A stretch of 64,000 nt of DNA from the human T2T-CHM13v2.0 reference genome, Homo sapiens. Shown in pieces: positions 38,990 to 56,556 of this stretch; the stretch's first letter is position 1; the number at the start of each line of letters is the position of its first letter. Below the pieces are notes generated by a model. That model saw nothing but the letters and a program-made list of their open reading frames with translations, was not told the origin of the DNA and searched no databases. The DNA lies in NCBI RefSeq assembly GCF_009914755.1, contig NC_060931.1. One strand, 5' to 3'. A program made the position numbers and the translations under genes.

Positions 38990-41470
38990 AGGCCAGCTGC
39001 TTCTGGAGGATAGACTAGGTGGCAAGACAAGTTAATGCCATGAGCTAAGCCCATTATTATACTTCTGCTGTGAAATGGGTTCCTGGAGCAGAAGCAGTGC
39101 TGTGCAAAATAGCATCACAGTGGTGAGCACTTACGGGAGCCCAAAGTTGATGGTCCTGGCAAAGCATTCCAGGAAGGAGAGGCCGACCTATATCACAGTA
39201 TATGTCTAGTGCAGTGAGTACAAGTATCCATCCCCTCTGTGGTGGAAGAGGTTCCATGTAATCGATCTTTCACCAGGTGACTGACTCAATGGTCCTCCTG
39301 GGGAAAGTTGGCCTGTAAGAGGTGCAGTGTTGGTCTCTGCCGTTGACAAGAGTAGACAGGTCAGCCTTCATAAGGGGAAGACTATGTTGTTGAGCTTTGC
39401 ATAGGCTCCATCCCTGCTACTGTAAATATTTTATCAATGGGTCCATTGGGCAAGAAGTGGGGTTGCTGGAGAGAGAGGCTGACTGATGTTTACAGAGTGT
39501 CTCATTTTGTATACCTGATTATGAAGAGCCTCCCCCTCTGCGGTCCATGCCTGTGAGTGAACATTCACATGCCTCGCCAGCATCTTCATGGCCTGTGCCT
39601 GTTCTTAAAGCTTATTCTATATTCCTCTCTCCCAGCCTTCCTTTTCACTAACCTTCCAAGTCCCATCTCTTCCAAATCCCTGACTGTCAAGTCAAACCAG
39701 CATCAGTCACCCATGCATCTGTGTAGATCTCTACTTCTGGCCCTCTGTCATGGCAAAGATAAAAGTGGACAATCTGACACATGAAGTTCTTCCCCTTGGG
39801 GGGATTGTTTTCCTCACCATTGTCATTCAGGTTTGCCCCTGAGGGCCCTGTAATGGGGCAGCTGTCTAGGTTCAGGTGACATCAGCACGTAATGCAGGCC
39901 TGTCTGTAAGCTAGGCTGGGTTTTTTGCCCTAGATCAATAGGCGATAAAGGATGCCACAGGAGGGCTTGGCCATGACTGAAGGGAAGTCAGCAATGCTGA
40001 AGGAGCTGGTGCTAGAGGAATCTAAAACTCTTGCTCAGGTAATGTATTTATCTATGCTGGGTCTGTCCAAGTCAGCTCTTATTCACCATTCCCCCTTGAT
40101 AAGGGATTACTGCTGTGCATACCCAACCTTGGCTTATGGGTCACATAGCACCAATTGGTGATGGGAAATTTAGGCTTAATGTCCCACAGTTAGGCATTCA
40201 GTCTCTATCCATGGCCCTGAGAATGTCTGTCTTAAGAAGGATATATATTTCCAGAAGTGGGAACAGATTTCATCCTAACCCTGGAGGTTCTCCCTGTGAC
40301 TCTCCTATTGGTGCTTGCCAGTAACACCATACAACATCCCTATGTTCCACAGACACCTCAGGGAAACACCAGATCATGAGCCCATGTGAGGGAGCAGCTC
40401 ACACTGCAGCCTGGGCATATGACAGAGACTTCACTCACTCTCCTCACCAGGCAAAACTAGCAGATTTATAGGAGACTGTGCAAATAGGCCTAAGTAACAC
40501 ACTCAACTGTGAAAAATACTGCCTTTAAAATAAAAGAGGTCTGCAAAGAGCCATGTTTTTGTTCTTCTCTGGTGATAGGTGCAAGGAGGAGCAGCAACTG
40601 GTCTTTCTACTTAGAGGTCATTGAGACCTCAGAAACATCACCGAGGTGGCAGGCCCCTGGTTTGATATGGGACGTATCACCCGTGCTCCAGGTCAAATAT
40701 GTCATATGGAAGTACACGCTGCTCATCAGATCTGAGCTGGCTAATTTGTGGACTAGTGTGATGTTTCGTGAAATGTAAAGTCAATTAAGATTTTAGAAAC
40801 TGCATGTCACCAGAAAGCAGGATAATTGGTACTGCCCTAAGCAAGATTGTGAAGTTGTATTATTGGCCCTGACAGATGAAAGCAAACTGCTTCTGGTTTG
40901 TCCTTCTAAAATAATATGAAGGAAAGAAAACATTCTGCATTCTGAATGCCAGGCACTGTGTTGACTTCCTTCAGGAAAGATGCTACCTCTGAAACAGCAC
41001 CTGGAATTGGAATCACCACCTAATTGTGTTTATGATAATCTGCAGAAACTCCCCATGATTCATCCAACTGCTGTACAGGCTGAACAGGTGAGTTAAATGG
41101 AGGTGTGATAGGGATCACCACACTGCATCTTTGATGGTAACACTCAACCCAGCAATCCCCCCTGCAGGAATTGCTTCTGGTGTACTAGCTTGGTAGGGAA
41201 AGAAAATTCCAGTGTCTTCTACTTAGTGTTTCCTATAATGGGCCTCACCCTTTTGGCTAGAGAACTAATGTGGAGACTCTGACAGTTGCCAGATATGTCT
41301 GTCCCAGTTACATGTTCAGGAACTGGGGAAATAACCATACGTGTGTGTGTGGATTATCTGGGCCCACTGCAGGTTGAATTTCAGCTAATCCTCCATCTCT
41401 CACCTGACCACCATAAGTACCACTCTGACTGGTGAACCACTGTAGTTATTCAGAATTCTGCCAACCATGC
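38990..41470 (-). mobile_element. ERVL-class internal pol remnant (protease/RT/RNaseH/integrase)
   Basis: Minus-strand translation W*KIDYMEPLPPQRGWILVLTALDIYCD resembles the ERVL integrase core (WQVDYIGPLP..FVLTGIDTYS); multiple stops. Confidence 0.75.
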
Positions 41471-44400
41471 GGAAGCTCAAAATGCTGCTCTCATAAACAG
41501 CTTGCAAGCTGGAGGACCACCTCCTATCAATATTTTACTTGCTGTCTTTCAAACTGACATTAGCAAGACTCTAGCATATAAAGCAACAGCAGGATAGAAC
41601 AACCAAAAGGGATCTTAGTCCTTCACATATTACCCTTTAATTTTTTTCGAAAAAAAAAATGGATACTTCCTTTTGGCTCTTCAAGTCACCTCTTGGTACA
41701 AAAAAAAAAAAAAAAAAACAACCCTCTTTCTTTGAGTCTTAATTTTGTAGTTTAGGACGGGGGAAAAAGAATAGATCGATTTACCTGAAAATAAATGTCC
41801 TTTGGCATCCTGTCCCACCTATAATCCTATCTTTTGCAGATATAGAAGCAAAAATTGCTGTTAGTGTTCCACCAGAGGTCTGTTGAGAGGTCATGATGGT
41901 TTCCCGAGACCGGCCAGTACATCACGGGGTATGTTCTCATCAGGCCGTGAGCTTGATGGTCCCTTCTGCACAACAGGCTGTGAATGCCATTCCGGTTTCC
42001 ACAGGTAATTCTAAATGAAGACCCAAGGCTTCAACAGTGACATTTCAATTTGTCCTCTCTTGTCCACCTTTCTCTCAATAGGTGTCTGAGATGTGCATAT
42101 ATTCATATATTCTATGGCAGCCTTCCCATTTCTCACTTTTCCTAATAGAGAAAACATTTCCTTTCTTCACAGCTTCAACTCAAAGCTCTCCCTCCCTGGG
42201 TACCACCTAGACAGGCCCACACACTCTCTCCTTGGCGTCAGCTTTGGCTCTCTTGCCTTCTGTCAGCATTTGGCCCTTGGAGGAAGGGAACCAGTGCTTG
42301 TCTCCAAAGATGTAACCATGACAACAAGATTGTGGGGTTTATCTCTCCAGCTCCTCATAAAGGCTTTCCTAATTTCTCTGGATCTTGACATCTAGGAGTT
42401 GTCCCATTTGGTCTGAGGAATTTTTAGGCTGTCTCAATGGTACATGAAGAGTGCCCTTCATGATACAGTGGCATTTTCTGAACTACAAATACTGGGTACC
42501 ATTCAAGCCACATATATCTTCTCTTCTCCAACCTCCACCTCAAATATAACTATCAAGAAATACAGTGCTTAATTCCTTTGCAGTTTTTAGATGTTGCACA
42601 GGCTGTGAGCATTGACTAGGTAAATTGTTCCCCTTCTGATTATAAACTTTTATGTTGTTGAGACAAAGTAAAAAGACAACACCGATGTCCTTTGGTAAAT
42701 ATTAACCACCAAAATTCCATTTCACCTGCCATTGAAAGCATTATTTGCAATTTATGAATGGCCAAATGTCTGCCAGACATTCATTATTTTTTGTCTGCCC
42801 AGTAATATTTCAGAGAATGTGTTTCAATCTTTGATTTCCTGATGAGGAAATTGAGGTTTAGGATATTAAGTGAGTTCTCCAAGGTTACACGTCTGGTCAA
42901 GGGCAGAGCTGCAATTTTTACTATTATGGCCTAAAAGCTCTCTCTTATTAAATCAGCAATTCTGGGAGAAGGAAGAAACAGCCAACAAGAAGGGCAGAAG
43001 TGAGGTAGGCAGAGGAAATCTATTTGCTAGGATGTGGGAGTAAACGCATCGTGTTGAGATGTGAAAAAATGTTCTTCTTTCTTCATCTAACCTTGCTGTG
43101 AATTGCTGAGCACAATGTCTCCCTGTAGTAAACAAATGGTGATGCCCAAGATTGACTGTCTGATTTAACTCTCACAACTGTTTCTGTCCCCATTTTTACC
43201 ATGAAGTAAACAGTTTTAAAGAGATTAAGTAATGTTCCCAAACTGGTAACACTTCTCTATCATGAAGACAGGATTAGAAACTGCTGCTATAACATAGGCA
43301 ACCTCAATGCGTCTCAACTGCTTATTCATGTCCATATCCAGTGGATCAAGTAGTGTCTCACGCTGACATCTGCTGGCACCAACCACAAACTGGCTTCCTG
43401 TTTAGAGATGTCAGTCTCACTATGGTGCCGCATAAGTCTGTGTTGACTGTGCAATGGCCTTGCTGACTTTCCTTGTGGTCTCTGCTACCCTGCCTTTGAC
43501 CTTCATCTTCTTATGACTTGTTTGCCTACTCCTTCTGCCACACCCACCAGGCCAGCCCTCCCAAATCCACTTAATTATTGTCCCACCACTTACCATCTGC
43601 ACGTATGGTCCTTCACTCTCTCTTGCGTATCTCCTGTCATCTCCTGGGTTCCTCCAGTGGCTGCAGTACCCCCAGGTCTGCCGTCTCACAGCAGCTGTGT
43701 GGAGCCTCTCAATTACACAACCCAATTACACAGCCCAGCAGTGCTTTCCCATGCCCGCAGGCTGGCCCATGTGGGTTTCAACACTTTTTCCAGCATTAGA
43801 ATTCATGATCCCAGATCAAACACATTTATATCTTGCAGGTTTATTTTGTTTCAGTTTTTGGAAAGTAATCATCATGGACCATTTTTCGGTAGTGGTTATT
43901 GCCCATTGTATCTATGTGGCATCATTTCCTGCCCCGCCATCTGGGTGAGGCAAGCACAGAGAACAGATATGACAAAGAGTCAGAGCTAGGAGAAAATTTA
44001 GATGAATTTTTTCAAGTTCCTATTTTTATAGATGAGAAAATACAAATGACTTGTCCAAATGCATGCAACTGATTTTTAGGAAGCTTAACTTGAACCTTGA
44101 TAGCCTGCATTTTGGTCTGGCATGAAGTCTGGTACCATTTATTGATCAGTCTTTGGAGAAAAAATGAATTCTAGAAGCTTCATTTCAATAACTAGTGTGA
44201 TTTCATGAAGAACGGGTTATGCTTCACCAGCTTGTTAAGAATTCTTTGAATTTTACTGTCACTTAATGCAACTGCAATGAAATTGTACATAATACAGCAG
44301 CAGGGCATTCGTACTGTTTTGTAACAAAGTTTCTTGGTGTCAAATTAAACTTTATTCAAAGGGCAAAGGAATGCAGTATTAGCCAAATGCAAGAAAGTCA

Positions 44401-45352
44401 AGTAATCCTGTAAACAAGCATGGAGTTATAGAACCTAGAAGCAGACATTCCTGGTTCTGGAAAAGATATTCAAAGTCTTATTCCCAGCCCCCACATTTTA
44501 CAGTTACGTGTCTTCAGGATTCACACCCAGGACTAGAAAAGGCGCCTACTCCAAGGGCTCTTTCGATCCAAGGGTTTTTTGTTTCGTTTTGTTTTCTTTA
44601 AACACATTTCTCATAGGCTCAGCAGAAGTCTTTGTACAGGATGTCCTACCGTCATCGTTAATATTAAAGAGGTGAATAATGATACTGAGAGCAAGCTTTT
44701 TTGGGTCAGTAAATTATACTAAACAGTGTAACTTCAGCAAACAATGATAGCAAGACTAGAAAGGGACCTGGTAGCATCACTCCAGGGTAGCAGAAGTGAT
44801 TAAGTATCGATAGGAGGGAACAACTTCCTACTGAACAAAGAACAAAAATAAAATGCAAAGGAATCCACAAATGTCTTGTGGTTTACCCAGAAAAAAAAAT
44901 ACTTGATCAAAATCTCTTATTTTACAGATGAAGGCAGGGGCCTCAGCTGGCTGTGATTCACCCAAGTTCTCATGGCTATTATAAAGTATTGCTGAGCAGG
45001 TGGCAATTTTAGATTTGACAGAGATACAGATAAATAGACTCAGAAATGGACTTTTCTGACAATCACCTGCTTCTCAAGGGCTAGGCTTGTGTAACTAGCT
45101 CTAATAAATCCCAGGCTGCTATCTCATGGGAATCTGTCATTATACCACCCAACTGGCTTGTCTTTACCCAGCTCTCAATCCCCCAATACCTGCTCCCCCA
45201 TGTTTTAAACAGCCAGTACTAACAGTGTTAGTCTTTCTATAACGTCAGAAAGATCTCTCCAGTGAGAAGCACAAGATATTATTTCTTCTGAAACCAGCCC
45301 AGCGCTCTTTGTACCATGACAAACGCTCTTCTGCCATATGCCTCTTCATACC

Positions 45353-45790
45353 TGCATTAGTATGCCAGGGCTGACATGAGAAATGACCACATACTGAGTG
45401 GCTGAAAACAACAGGATTTTTTTTTGTCTCAAAGTCCTGAAGGCTAGAAGTATGAAATCAAGGTCTTGGCAGGGCCTTGCTCTCTGTGAAGCATGTAAGG
45501 GAGCATCTGTTTTTGCCTCTTCCAGCTCCTGGTGCTGCCGGCAATCCATGGTGTTTCTCGGCTTGTAGATGCGTCACTCCAATTTTGCGTCTATCATCAC
45601 ATGAAACTCCATGAGTCGACCTCCTCTTCTTATAAGGATACCAGTCATATTGGATTAAGGGCTCGTCTTACTCTAAGATGATCTGATCTTAATGCAGTCA
45701 CCCTATTTCTAAATGAGGTGGCATTCTAAGACACTGGCGATTAGTTAGGACTTTGTGTATATGTTGGGGGACACGATTCAACCCATAGCA
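45353..45790 (-). mobile_element. MLT1C-like MaLR LTR
   Basis: tgcattagt...gaaatcaaggtcttggcagggcc...cttataaggataccagtcatattggattaaggg...ggggacacgattcaacccatagca. Confidence 0.85.
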
Positions 45791-45891
45791 ATGCCCCAAG
45801 TCTTTGGGGACTCCTTCACCCGTAGCTGGGTCTGGCTATGCTGAACTGCTCCTTCTCCATGCATCCGTGTCTTCTTAAGATATTTAGCTTA

Positions 45892-47154
<1,263 letters not shown>

Positions 47155-47779
47155 TGAAAAATTAGTATAGTCCAGAACCTTTTGGGTTGAAAAACTGGTA
47201 TATTCCAGAAGTATCTTTTCTACAGGGCAGCACAGAGAAGGGTCCAGGTAGTTTTAATAGATAAACTTATGCAAATTTGTAGCACATGAAGCTATTGCTC
47301 TTTCCAGAAATATGTTCAAGTCTCCTGAAGTTCCATTAAAGAGGCAACAGCTATGGAGCTGCAGTTATCCTTGCTTATTGGTTCCTTCTCACTGTTCAGG
47401 ACATCTGCCCCCTGACTCCTTTCATTTCAGCTCCCCACAGCACAGCTTACATTCATAGGCCGGGTACTGTGTGCCAGGAACTGTGGTAAGGGATGGAAAT
47501 TGAAAGATAATTTCAACTCCACCATAACTCTCAGGGAGCTCACAATCTAGAAGAAAAGTTACCTAACTATATGCAATGTGATACAGTTATAATACCACGG
47601 GCATAGCGTTTACAAAGGAAGTACTAGAGGACCCAGGGTATTGAAGGATTGATTGTGCATTCAGAGATAAGAAAGAAAAAGTGGACAAAGGCCATTTTAT
47701 TTGGATCTTAAAGAGTAGACAGGAGGAGTGAGAGGAGGAACATTCAGTTTCAGTCATGAGGGCATAGCCAGTGTCTGAT

Positions 47780-49806
<2,027 letters not shown>

Positions 49807-50424
49807 TGTTTTCTTGATGTTATAGCAAGACCTGTGATCTTCTATGATTTTCCACATCCTCATTAGATAGTAAGACTTACCTGGTAGTGTATTAACTTAA
49901 GAATATTGAGATTCTCAAATTCTTCTTCAATTTTCTCCAATAAATAGAATGGCTATATATGGAAGATTAGCTAAAATTGTATACTCAGAAATTTTACCCC
50001 TCTGCCTATACATATGTGTGTACATATTTATCTAGTATGTTTGTGTGCATGTGAATTGTGATTGAAAGCATGATTAGAACATATAAGCTTTTCCCAGCCT
50101 CATCCACCTCTAGTCCCCTCTGCTGCTTGCCTTACCAATTAGCATTGAGCCACCATTATATCATGGCTCATGAGGAAGTCAAACCCCATTCACTTCCTAC
50201 TCATCTTCTTCTAGTAGTTTCTCCTAGTGCAGGTTAGAAGACTAGAAAACCTGCTTTTTTCTATCTCCCTGGAGGTAAGCAGGAAGGTCCTGATGGGCCC
50301 ATACAGTTTTGCTGCATGAGATTAACCCACAAAATGCCCAGAAATTCAAAACATAGTTACGGATTTGCTGAGTAGCTGCTGAAATGGTGAGGTTATGCAA
50401 CCTGGAAACATGGAGCTGTTAACT

Positions 50425-51027
50425 TGTTGGGATTCACTCAGGATGGTGGCGGAAATATTAAAGGGAAATATTAGGGCAAGTTATAGGGAATAGTCATGAA
50501 CCTTTTGGAAGGCCGAAAGGTTACATAGCTTGTAATAATTGAACAGGCTAAAGGCAGCCAGTTCTTACCTTAGAGTATTAGGTCACAGGGTAAGTACGAA
50601 GGACAATAGAGGCTTCCCCAGTTAAGTCTGTTTACCCTGCCTCCATTAACTAATCTTTGAGCCAGATGAACCTCTTACAGGGAGGTCGACTAGGGATATT
50701 GCCCCCTAATGGTATTTACCTTAGACCTCGGTACCTGAGCTTTAATCATTCCTAGAACTACTCTCTGAACCATGTTAATTATCCACAAGTGTGTTTACTC
50801 AAAGCTTCTGTTGTTAATTGTATACCAAATAAATGCCTGGAGTGCGAGCTGCTCAGGGCCAGTGCAGTGACAAACCTCTCTTGGTGTGCAGGTGGTCGGA
50901 CACTCAGCTGGACTGGCAAAGCAGAATATCTGTGTGTCAGTGTACATTTTATTCATCCTTCATTTGGGTCAGGGTCTGCAGGCAGCCCCCCCACAGCTAA
51001 TGTCCTCTTGTGAGGAGCAATACCTCA
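50425..51027 (+). mobile_element. LTR22 (HERV-K HML-5) solo LTR
   Basis: tgttgggattcactcaggatggtggcggaaatattaaagggaaatattaggg...aataaatgcctggagtgcgagc...gagcaatacctca; 6-bp TSD ttaact/ttaatt. Confidence 0.85.
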
Positions 51028-51231
51028 TTAATTCATGTGGAGAAAAGCTTCAATCAATGGCAGGGAGAAAGTAGACACATACCTTCACCTTCCTTTTGAT
51101 GGACTTTCCAAAGCATGGTTCTGCATAAACTCTGTTAGCAGATATGGCTGACTGCTGAGGGGGTCCACCTGTAGAACAACTGACAGTATCTCTTTATGGA
51201 ATTGTCATGAAGCTGTGATAAGCATGGTATT

Positions 51232-51584
51232 TGTATTAGTCTGTTTTCACACTGCTGATAAAGACATACCTGAGACTGGGCAATTTACAAAAGAAAGAGG
51301 TTTAATGGACTTACAGTTCCACATGGCTGGGTAGGCCTCATAATCATGGTGGAAGGCAAGGAGGAGCAAGTCACATATTATATGGATGGCAGCAGGCAAA
51401 GAGTGAGCTTGTGCAGGGAAACTCCCCTTATAAAACCATCAGATCTCATGAGACTAATTTACTATCATGAGAACAGCACGGCAAAGACCTGCCCCCATGA
51501 TTCAATTACCTCCCACTGGGCCCCTCCCACAACACGTGGGAATTCAAGATGAGATTTGGGTGGGAGCACAGCCAAACCATATCA
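51232..51584 (-). mobile_element. THE1B solo LTR
   Basis: tgtattagtctgttttcacactgctgataaagacatacc...gccaaaccatatca; TSD gtatt/gtact. Confidence 0.93.
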
Positions 51585-52888
51585 GTACTGCATTACTTGC
51601 ATTGCTTTCCATCATTTCTTCACAGCCTCCATTTTCTCTCACTCTTAGATTGCTCCTTCGAAACAAAACTTTGCTGGTTAATTTTTTTTGTCTGGGTCTG
51701 ATCTCTGGGGAAGCTGAGTTAAGACAATCTGAATCATGCATCTCAAACTCATGCAATGGGAGGAAAGGGAGTACAAACAAATTGAATTACTCTTGATATT
51801 AGTAGAAAATATCTGTGTTTATAAGTAAAGTACAGTTTGCTTGCCTAGAGTTGTTTCAACCTTTTCATATGGAAAGAGCACCTCCCATCCCTAGGAGAAT
51901 AAGAAACCATTCCACTTACAATCTCTACACTTTTAAGGTTCTGAATGATAACGGTATCTGAATATCCAAACATGACATTTCATCAGAAAGTAGAATTTGC
52001 TTTTTTTTTACTTATTATTTTTATTTTCTGATCCACTGACTTTCTGAATATCAACCACCATTCATCAACAAGTAGGTGAAGATATCCCAACAACAGATTC
52101 CCAAGGAAAGGCTTTGAATCAAGAAACTGCCATTAAATAGCTGTATGGCTGCACAATTTAAGTAACCTTTCTGAACCTCAACTTTCTCATCAGATAAAAT
52201 AAAGACTAAATGAGATGAGCATGGGCACGCACCTCACTCTGAGCCGGGCACTTACTAGGCACACAGCAATGTTCATCTAATCTGAAACTTTGTGTTATTT
52301 CAAACAAATTACTTTGCTTGATATTGCTTTTAGAAGAATGTCCTATTCCACCTCCGGATGCTAATTGCCTTTTCAGATTATGTATCTCATTAAGCTGTGT
52401 ATATCTTCATGTTTTAGATTCAGTAGTAATTGAGTGCTCAGTCATTGCTATATTCACTATCCTGACAACATTTATTAAAATGAAGCAATTAACTATTGTC
52501 TTAAATGGAGTTTAGAGGTAAGGCTCATTAGACTTAGGCTCATTACAATTAACTTAAGTGTTAAATGCAAAATTATTTTATCCCAACTTTACCCTGAAAA
52601 TGTATTCAAATGGATTTCTCTAGAGCTGGCATTCCTTCGTCACATAAGCGCAAAACTAGTTAGAAATATTTCAGTGAAACACAATCTTCATTAAAAAGAT
52701 ATTATTAAAAATGTAAAGCCCCAAATTTGCTCACAGGGGTTCCTGCTCTGTTAACATCTGAACCCAGGCACACCTTGCTTCACGGGCTGCCACATAATTG
52801 GACTCAGAGGCTCACTAAAGTTGAGGTAAAGAAGGAAGCAGGCCTGGTTTTAAATGGCTCAATCCTTTATTTGTATTCAGTTTCACAG

Positions 52889-52988
52889 GAGATGAGCCCC
52901 CTTTGCCTACACAATGGTAAGAATGACAATGCAGAAGAGAGGCTCCTCTTCCTATGGATTTGCTTCAAGGAGGTCAGGGCTGTCAGTG
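52889..52988 (+). ncRNA. Candidate spliced exon (probably non-coding)
   Basis: Acceptor tcctttatttgtattcagtttcacag|G; donor GTG|gtaagt (alternative ATG|gtaaga at 52916); non-repeat DNA. Confidence 0.35.
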
Positions 52989-53313
52989 GTAAGTGATTTT
53001 CTACTGGGTTCATCAGTTATTGTACAAAAGTGTGGCTTTCCTAGCTCTCTTGCCAGACTACAGACATTAGACAGAAGGTTTAGAAATTTTATTTTATTTT
53101 TCCAACAGTTTTGTGAAAAGAAAATAGAAGCAAAGAAGAATCCTGTCTAGCTGCATCCAAACCCCTTTTCCCAACATAATGCAACAGATACGAATTTTGT
53201 GGAAAGCACCATTTAAGGGGCTGTGCCAAGGGGTGGCGTGGGAGTCAGGCAGGACTGTGTTTCACTCCTGGTTGCACCAGTGATTACCTGTGGGATCTTC
53301 CAGACATATATAG

Positions 53314-53720
<407 letters not shown>

Positions 53721-54149
53721 TAGTCACATCATGCACGATGGATAAATGTTCCTTTTACCCTTGGCTTCTGTGGGTTCATCAGCCATATGGTATAATTTGG
53801 AAGGTAAAACATGGATATCAAACCCTATACTAGAATGTCTGGCATATGTCAGTAGCACCTAGAATATTTTGTTTGCCTCTCTCATGTGGATAATTAAGTG
53901 TTCCAGTTTTCAATACAGAGTATAAGGCCTCTTCAGCATAATCTCTCCAATAATTAAATGGCAACTTGAAATATGTAATAAAAGAGTTTTCTAAATTACT
54001 ATGATTTGATTTTGACCTAAAGGAAGTAATGTAAGAAAAAAGAAAAAACATTTTAACCACAAAGCTGAACATGAAACAGGCTGCGGAGGCAGCTTTTTGT
54101 GGGCGTGGGAAATGAGCATGGGGGAAGTGAAATGTATCAGGTCATAGGT

Positions 54150-55280
54150 ACTATTCTACCTATTACAGCACCCAAGAGAATTTAAAATGTATATTGACAC
54201 AAAAAACCTGTACAACTCTTCATAGCAGAGTTATCCATAGTAGCAAATAGGTGGAAACAGTCTATGTCTGTATTAGTCCGGGTTCTCTAGAGGGACAGGA
54301 CTAATAGGATAAATGTATATATGAAATGGAGTTTATTAAGGAGAATTGACTCATACGATCACAAGGTGAAGTGTCACGATAGGCCGTCTGCAAGGTGAGG
54401 AGCAAGGAAGCCAGTGGTGGATCAGTCTGAGTCCCAAAACCTCAAAAGTAGGGAAGCCGACAGTGCAGCCTTCAGTCTGTGGCCAAAGGCCCGACAGCCC
54501 CTGGCAAACCCTGGTGTAAGTCCAAGAGTCCAAAAGCTGAAGAACTTGGAGTCTGACCTTTGAGGACAGGAAGCATCCAGCACAGGAGACAGATGAAGGC
54601 CAGAAGACTCAGCAAGTCCAGTCCTTCCAACTTCTGTCTGCTTTATTCTGGCCACACTGGCAGTGATTAGATGGTGCCCACCTAGACTGAGGGTTGGTCT
54701 GCTTCTCCCAGTCCATTGACTCAAATGCTGATCTCCTTTGGCAACACCCTCACAGACACACCAGGATCAATATTTTGCATCCTTCAATCCAATCAAGTTG
54801 ACACTCAATATTAACCAACACAATGTCTGTCAGCTGACAGAGGGATACTCATTAGTTATTTTTCCTGATCCTCTCACTCCTCCCACCCTCCACCCTCTGA
54901 TGGAACCCAGTTTGTGTTGTTCAACCCAGGAACAATACTTTGCATCCTTCAATCCAATCAAGTTAACACTCAATATTAAGTAAGTAAATATTGAGTATTT
55001 AAATAAAAGAAGCCAGTCAAAAAAGGCCATATGTTGTACAATTTTATTTCTATGCACTGTTTAGGCCACTGAACTGATAGGGGAAAGATATTAGTGGTAG
55101 CCAAGTATTGAGGGGAAGGAGATCCTGGATAGTGACTACTACTGAATATGGGGTTTTATTGGAGGGGGAATGAAAATGTCCTGAAATTAGTGATGATGGT
55201 TGCATGACTCTGAATATACTAAAAACCACTAAATTATACACTTTATGTTATGTAGATTGTATCTGTTATTTAAGAAAATA
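54150..55280 (+). mobile_element. L1MB 3' end, interrupted by MLT2B and a filler
   Basis: cacccaagagaatttaaaatgtat...aaagaagccagtcaaaaaaggcc...gtgatgatggttgcatgactctgaatatactaaaaaccact. Confidence 0.8.
54269..54822 (-). mobile_element. MLT2B (ERVL) solo LTR
   Basis: tgtattagtccgggttctctagagggacagga...caatcaagttgacactcaatattaaccaacaca; exact 5-bp TSD atgtc. Confidence 0.92.
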
Positions 55281-55282
55281 TG

Positions 55283-55599
55283 GCCCGGGTGCAGTGACTC
55301 ACGCCTGTAATCCCAGCACTTTGGGAGGCCAAGGCGGGTGGATCACCTAAGGTCGGGAGTTCAAGACCAGCCTGACTAACATGGAGAAACCCTGTCTCTA
55401 CTAAAAAAAAAAAAAAAAAAAAAAAAAGTTATCTGGGCGTGGTGGCACATGCCTGTAATGCCAGCTACTCTGGAGACTGAAGCAGGCGAATCGCTTGAAT
55501 CCAGGAGGCAGAGGTTGTGGTGAGCCAAGAATGCGCCATTGCACCATTGCACTCTAGCCTGGGCAACAAGAGTGAAACTCCATCTCAAAAAAAAAAAAA
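55283..55599 (+). mobile_element. AluSp
   Basis: aacatggagaaaccc and gcaacaagagtgaaac diagnostic motifs; expanded middle A-tract; TSD-like aaaatatg. Confidence 0.95.
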
Positions 55600-56464
55600 T
55601 ATGAAAACTTTGAGAGAACTTGCAGACTAAATTCTGATTGAATACCCCAGACAACACATTCTCAGAGAACCACTGAAAATGCTCATTAAAGATTCATTTT
55701 TCATCAGTCTATTGAGATTTGTCATTTGTAGTTTGTTTCTTGAGTCAAGGAGAGACCATGTTGCAGAATTCAAGAACATATATTTTTTAAGTCAAGCAAG
55801 CCTCAGTTCAAATTCCAGCTCAGCTCTTACTAACCAAGTACCTCTGGGCAAGTTATTTTGCATTTGCAGTCTGTTTCCTCATTCTAATGTGAAAATAACT
55901 GTAAAAAGAAAAGAAAAAAAAAACCTCCTTCATGAAGGTGTTGTGAGGATTAAGTAAAAACATATTTGGAACATATGCTCTCATTAGGGATGACACTGTA
56001 CTGCCCCCAACAGGGTGAAAATTGGCTCTTGGAGGGGGCAAAAATTTCTGTTATTATGTGTTTTGTCCCTCCAAAACTAGCCCCACTGACAAAGTCTTAT
56101 TCCTTAGTATTTAATGTGATGAAGTTGGAGAAACAATTAGGAAAAAATTATCTAAAAAGACTCCTTAGGGAGGCGATTTTTTAAAAAAGGTTGTAGCGCT
56201 TCTTTCCTCATTAGTTGATTGGCTCAATAGAAACCCTTAAAATCACTATTTTTCATCACAGCGGTGTTTTCTTCTTTGTTCTTAAGTTGAAACAAATCTC
56301 TGTCCAAAGTTACTAGCTGCTGGCCTGTTTGAGGAATAAAGAGCATTCTGCCAGCAACCCAAATCCTGTATTTCCAGCAAAGTGACATTTGACTCAAAAA
56401 GGGGTCAAAGCAACAAAGAAAGCAAATCCATATAATTTGTATGGCTCTTCTAATTTTCTATCAG

Positions 56465-56556
56465 GTCCGTGAGCCCTCTGGTTTCTTCAGCTGAAAGGTT
56501 CACTGTGCCACGTCTGTGGCCCCTAAACTGCCCTGCCCCAGCTTGAACTGGCCCAG
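56465..56556 (+). ncRNA. Candidate non-coding exon (92 nt)
   Basis: Acceptor ctcttctaattttctatcag|G and perfect donor CAG|gtaagt; stop codons in all three frames. Confidence 0.45.

Noticed and set aside
41470-42500. A-runs and possible retroelement interior next to the ERVL pol remnant
   Set aside because: No TSD, polyA signal or motif that I could assign with confidence.
43420-43989. Overlapping 73-158 aa ORFs in non-repeat DNA
   Set aside because: No recognisable protein similarity, Kozak context or splice-bounded frame.
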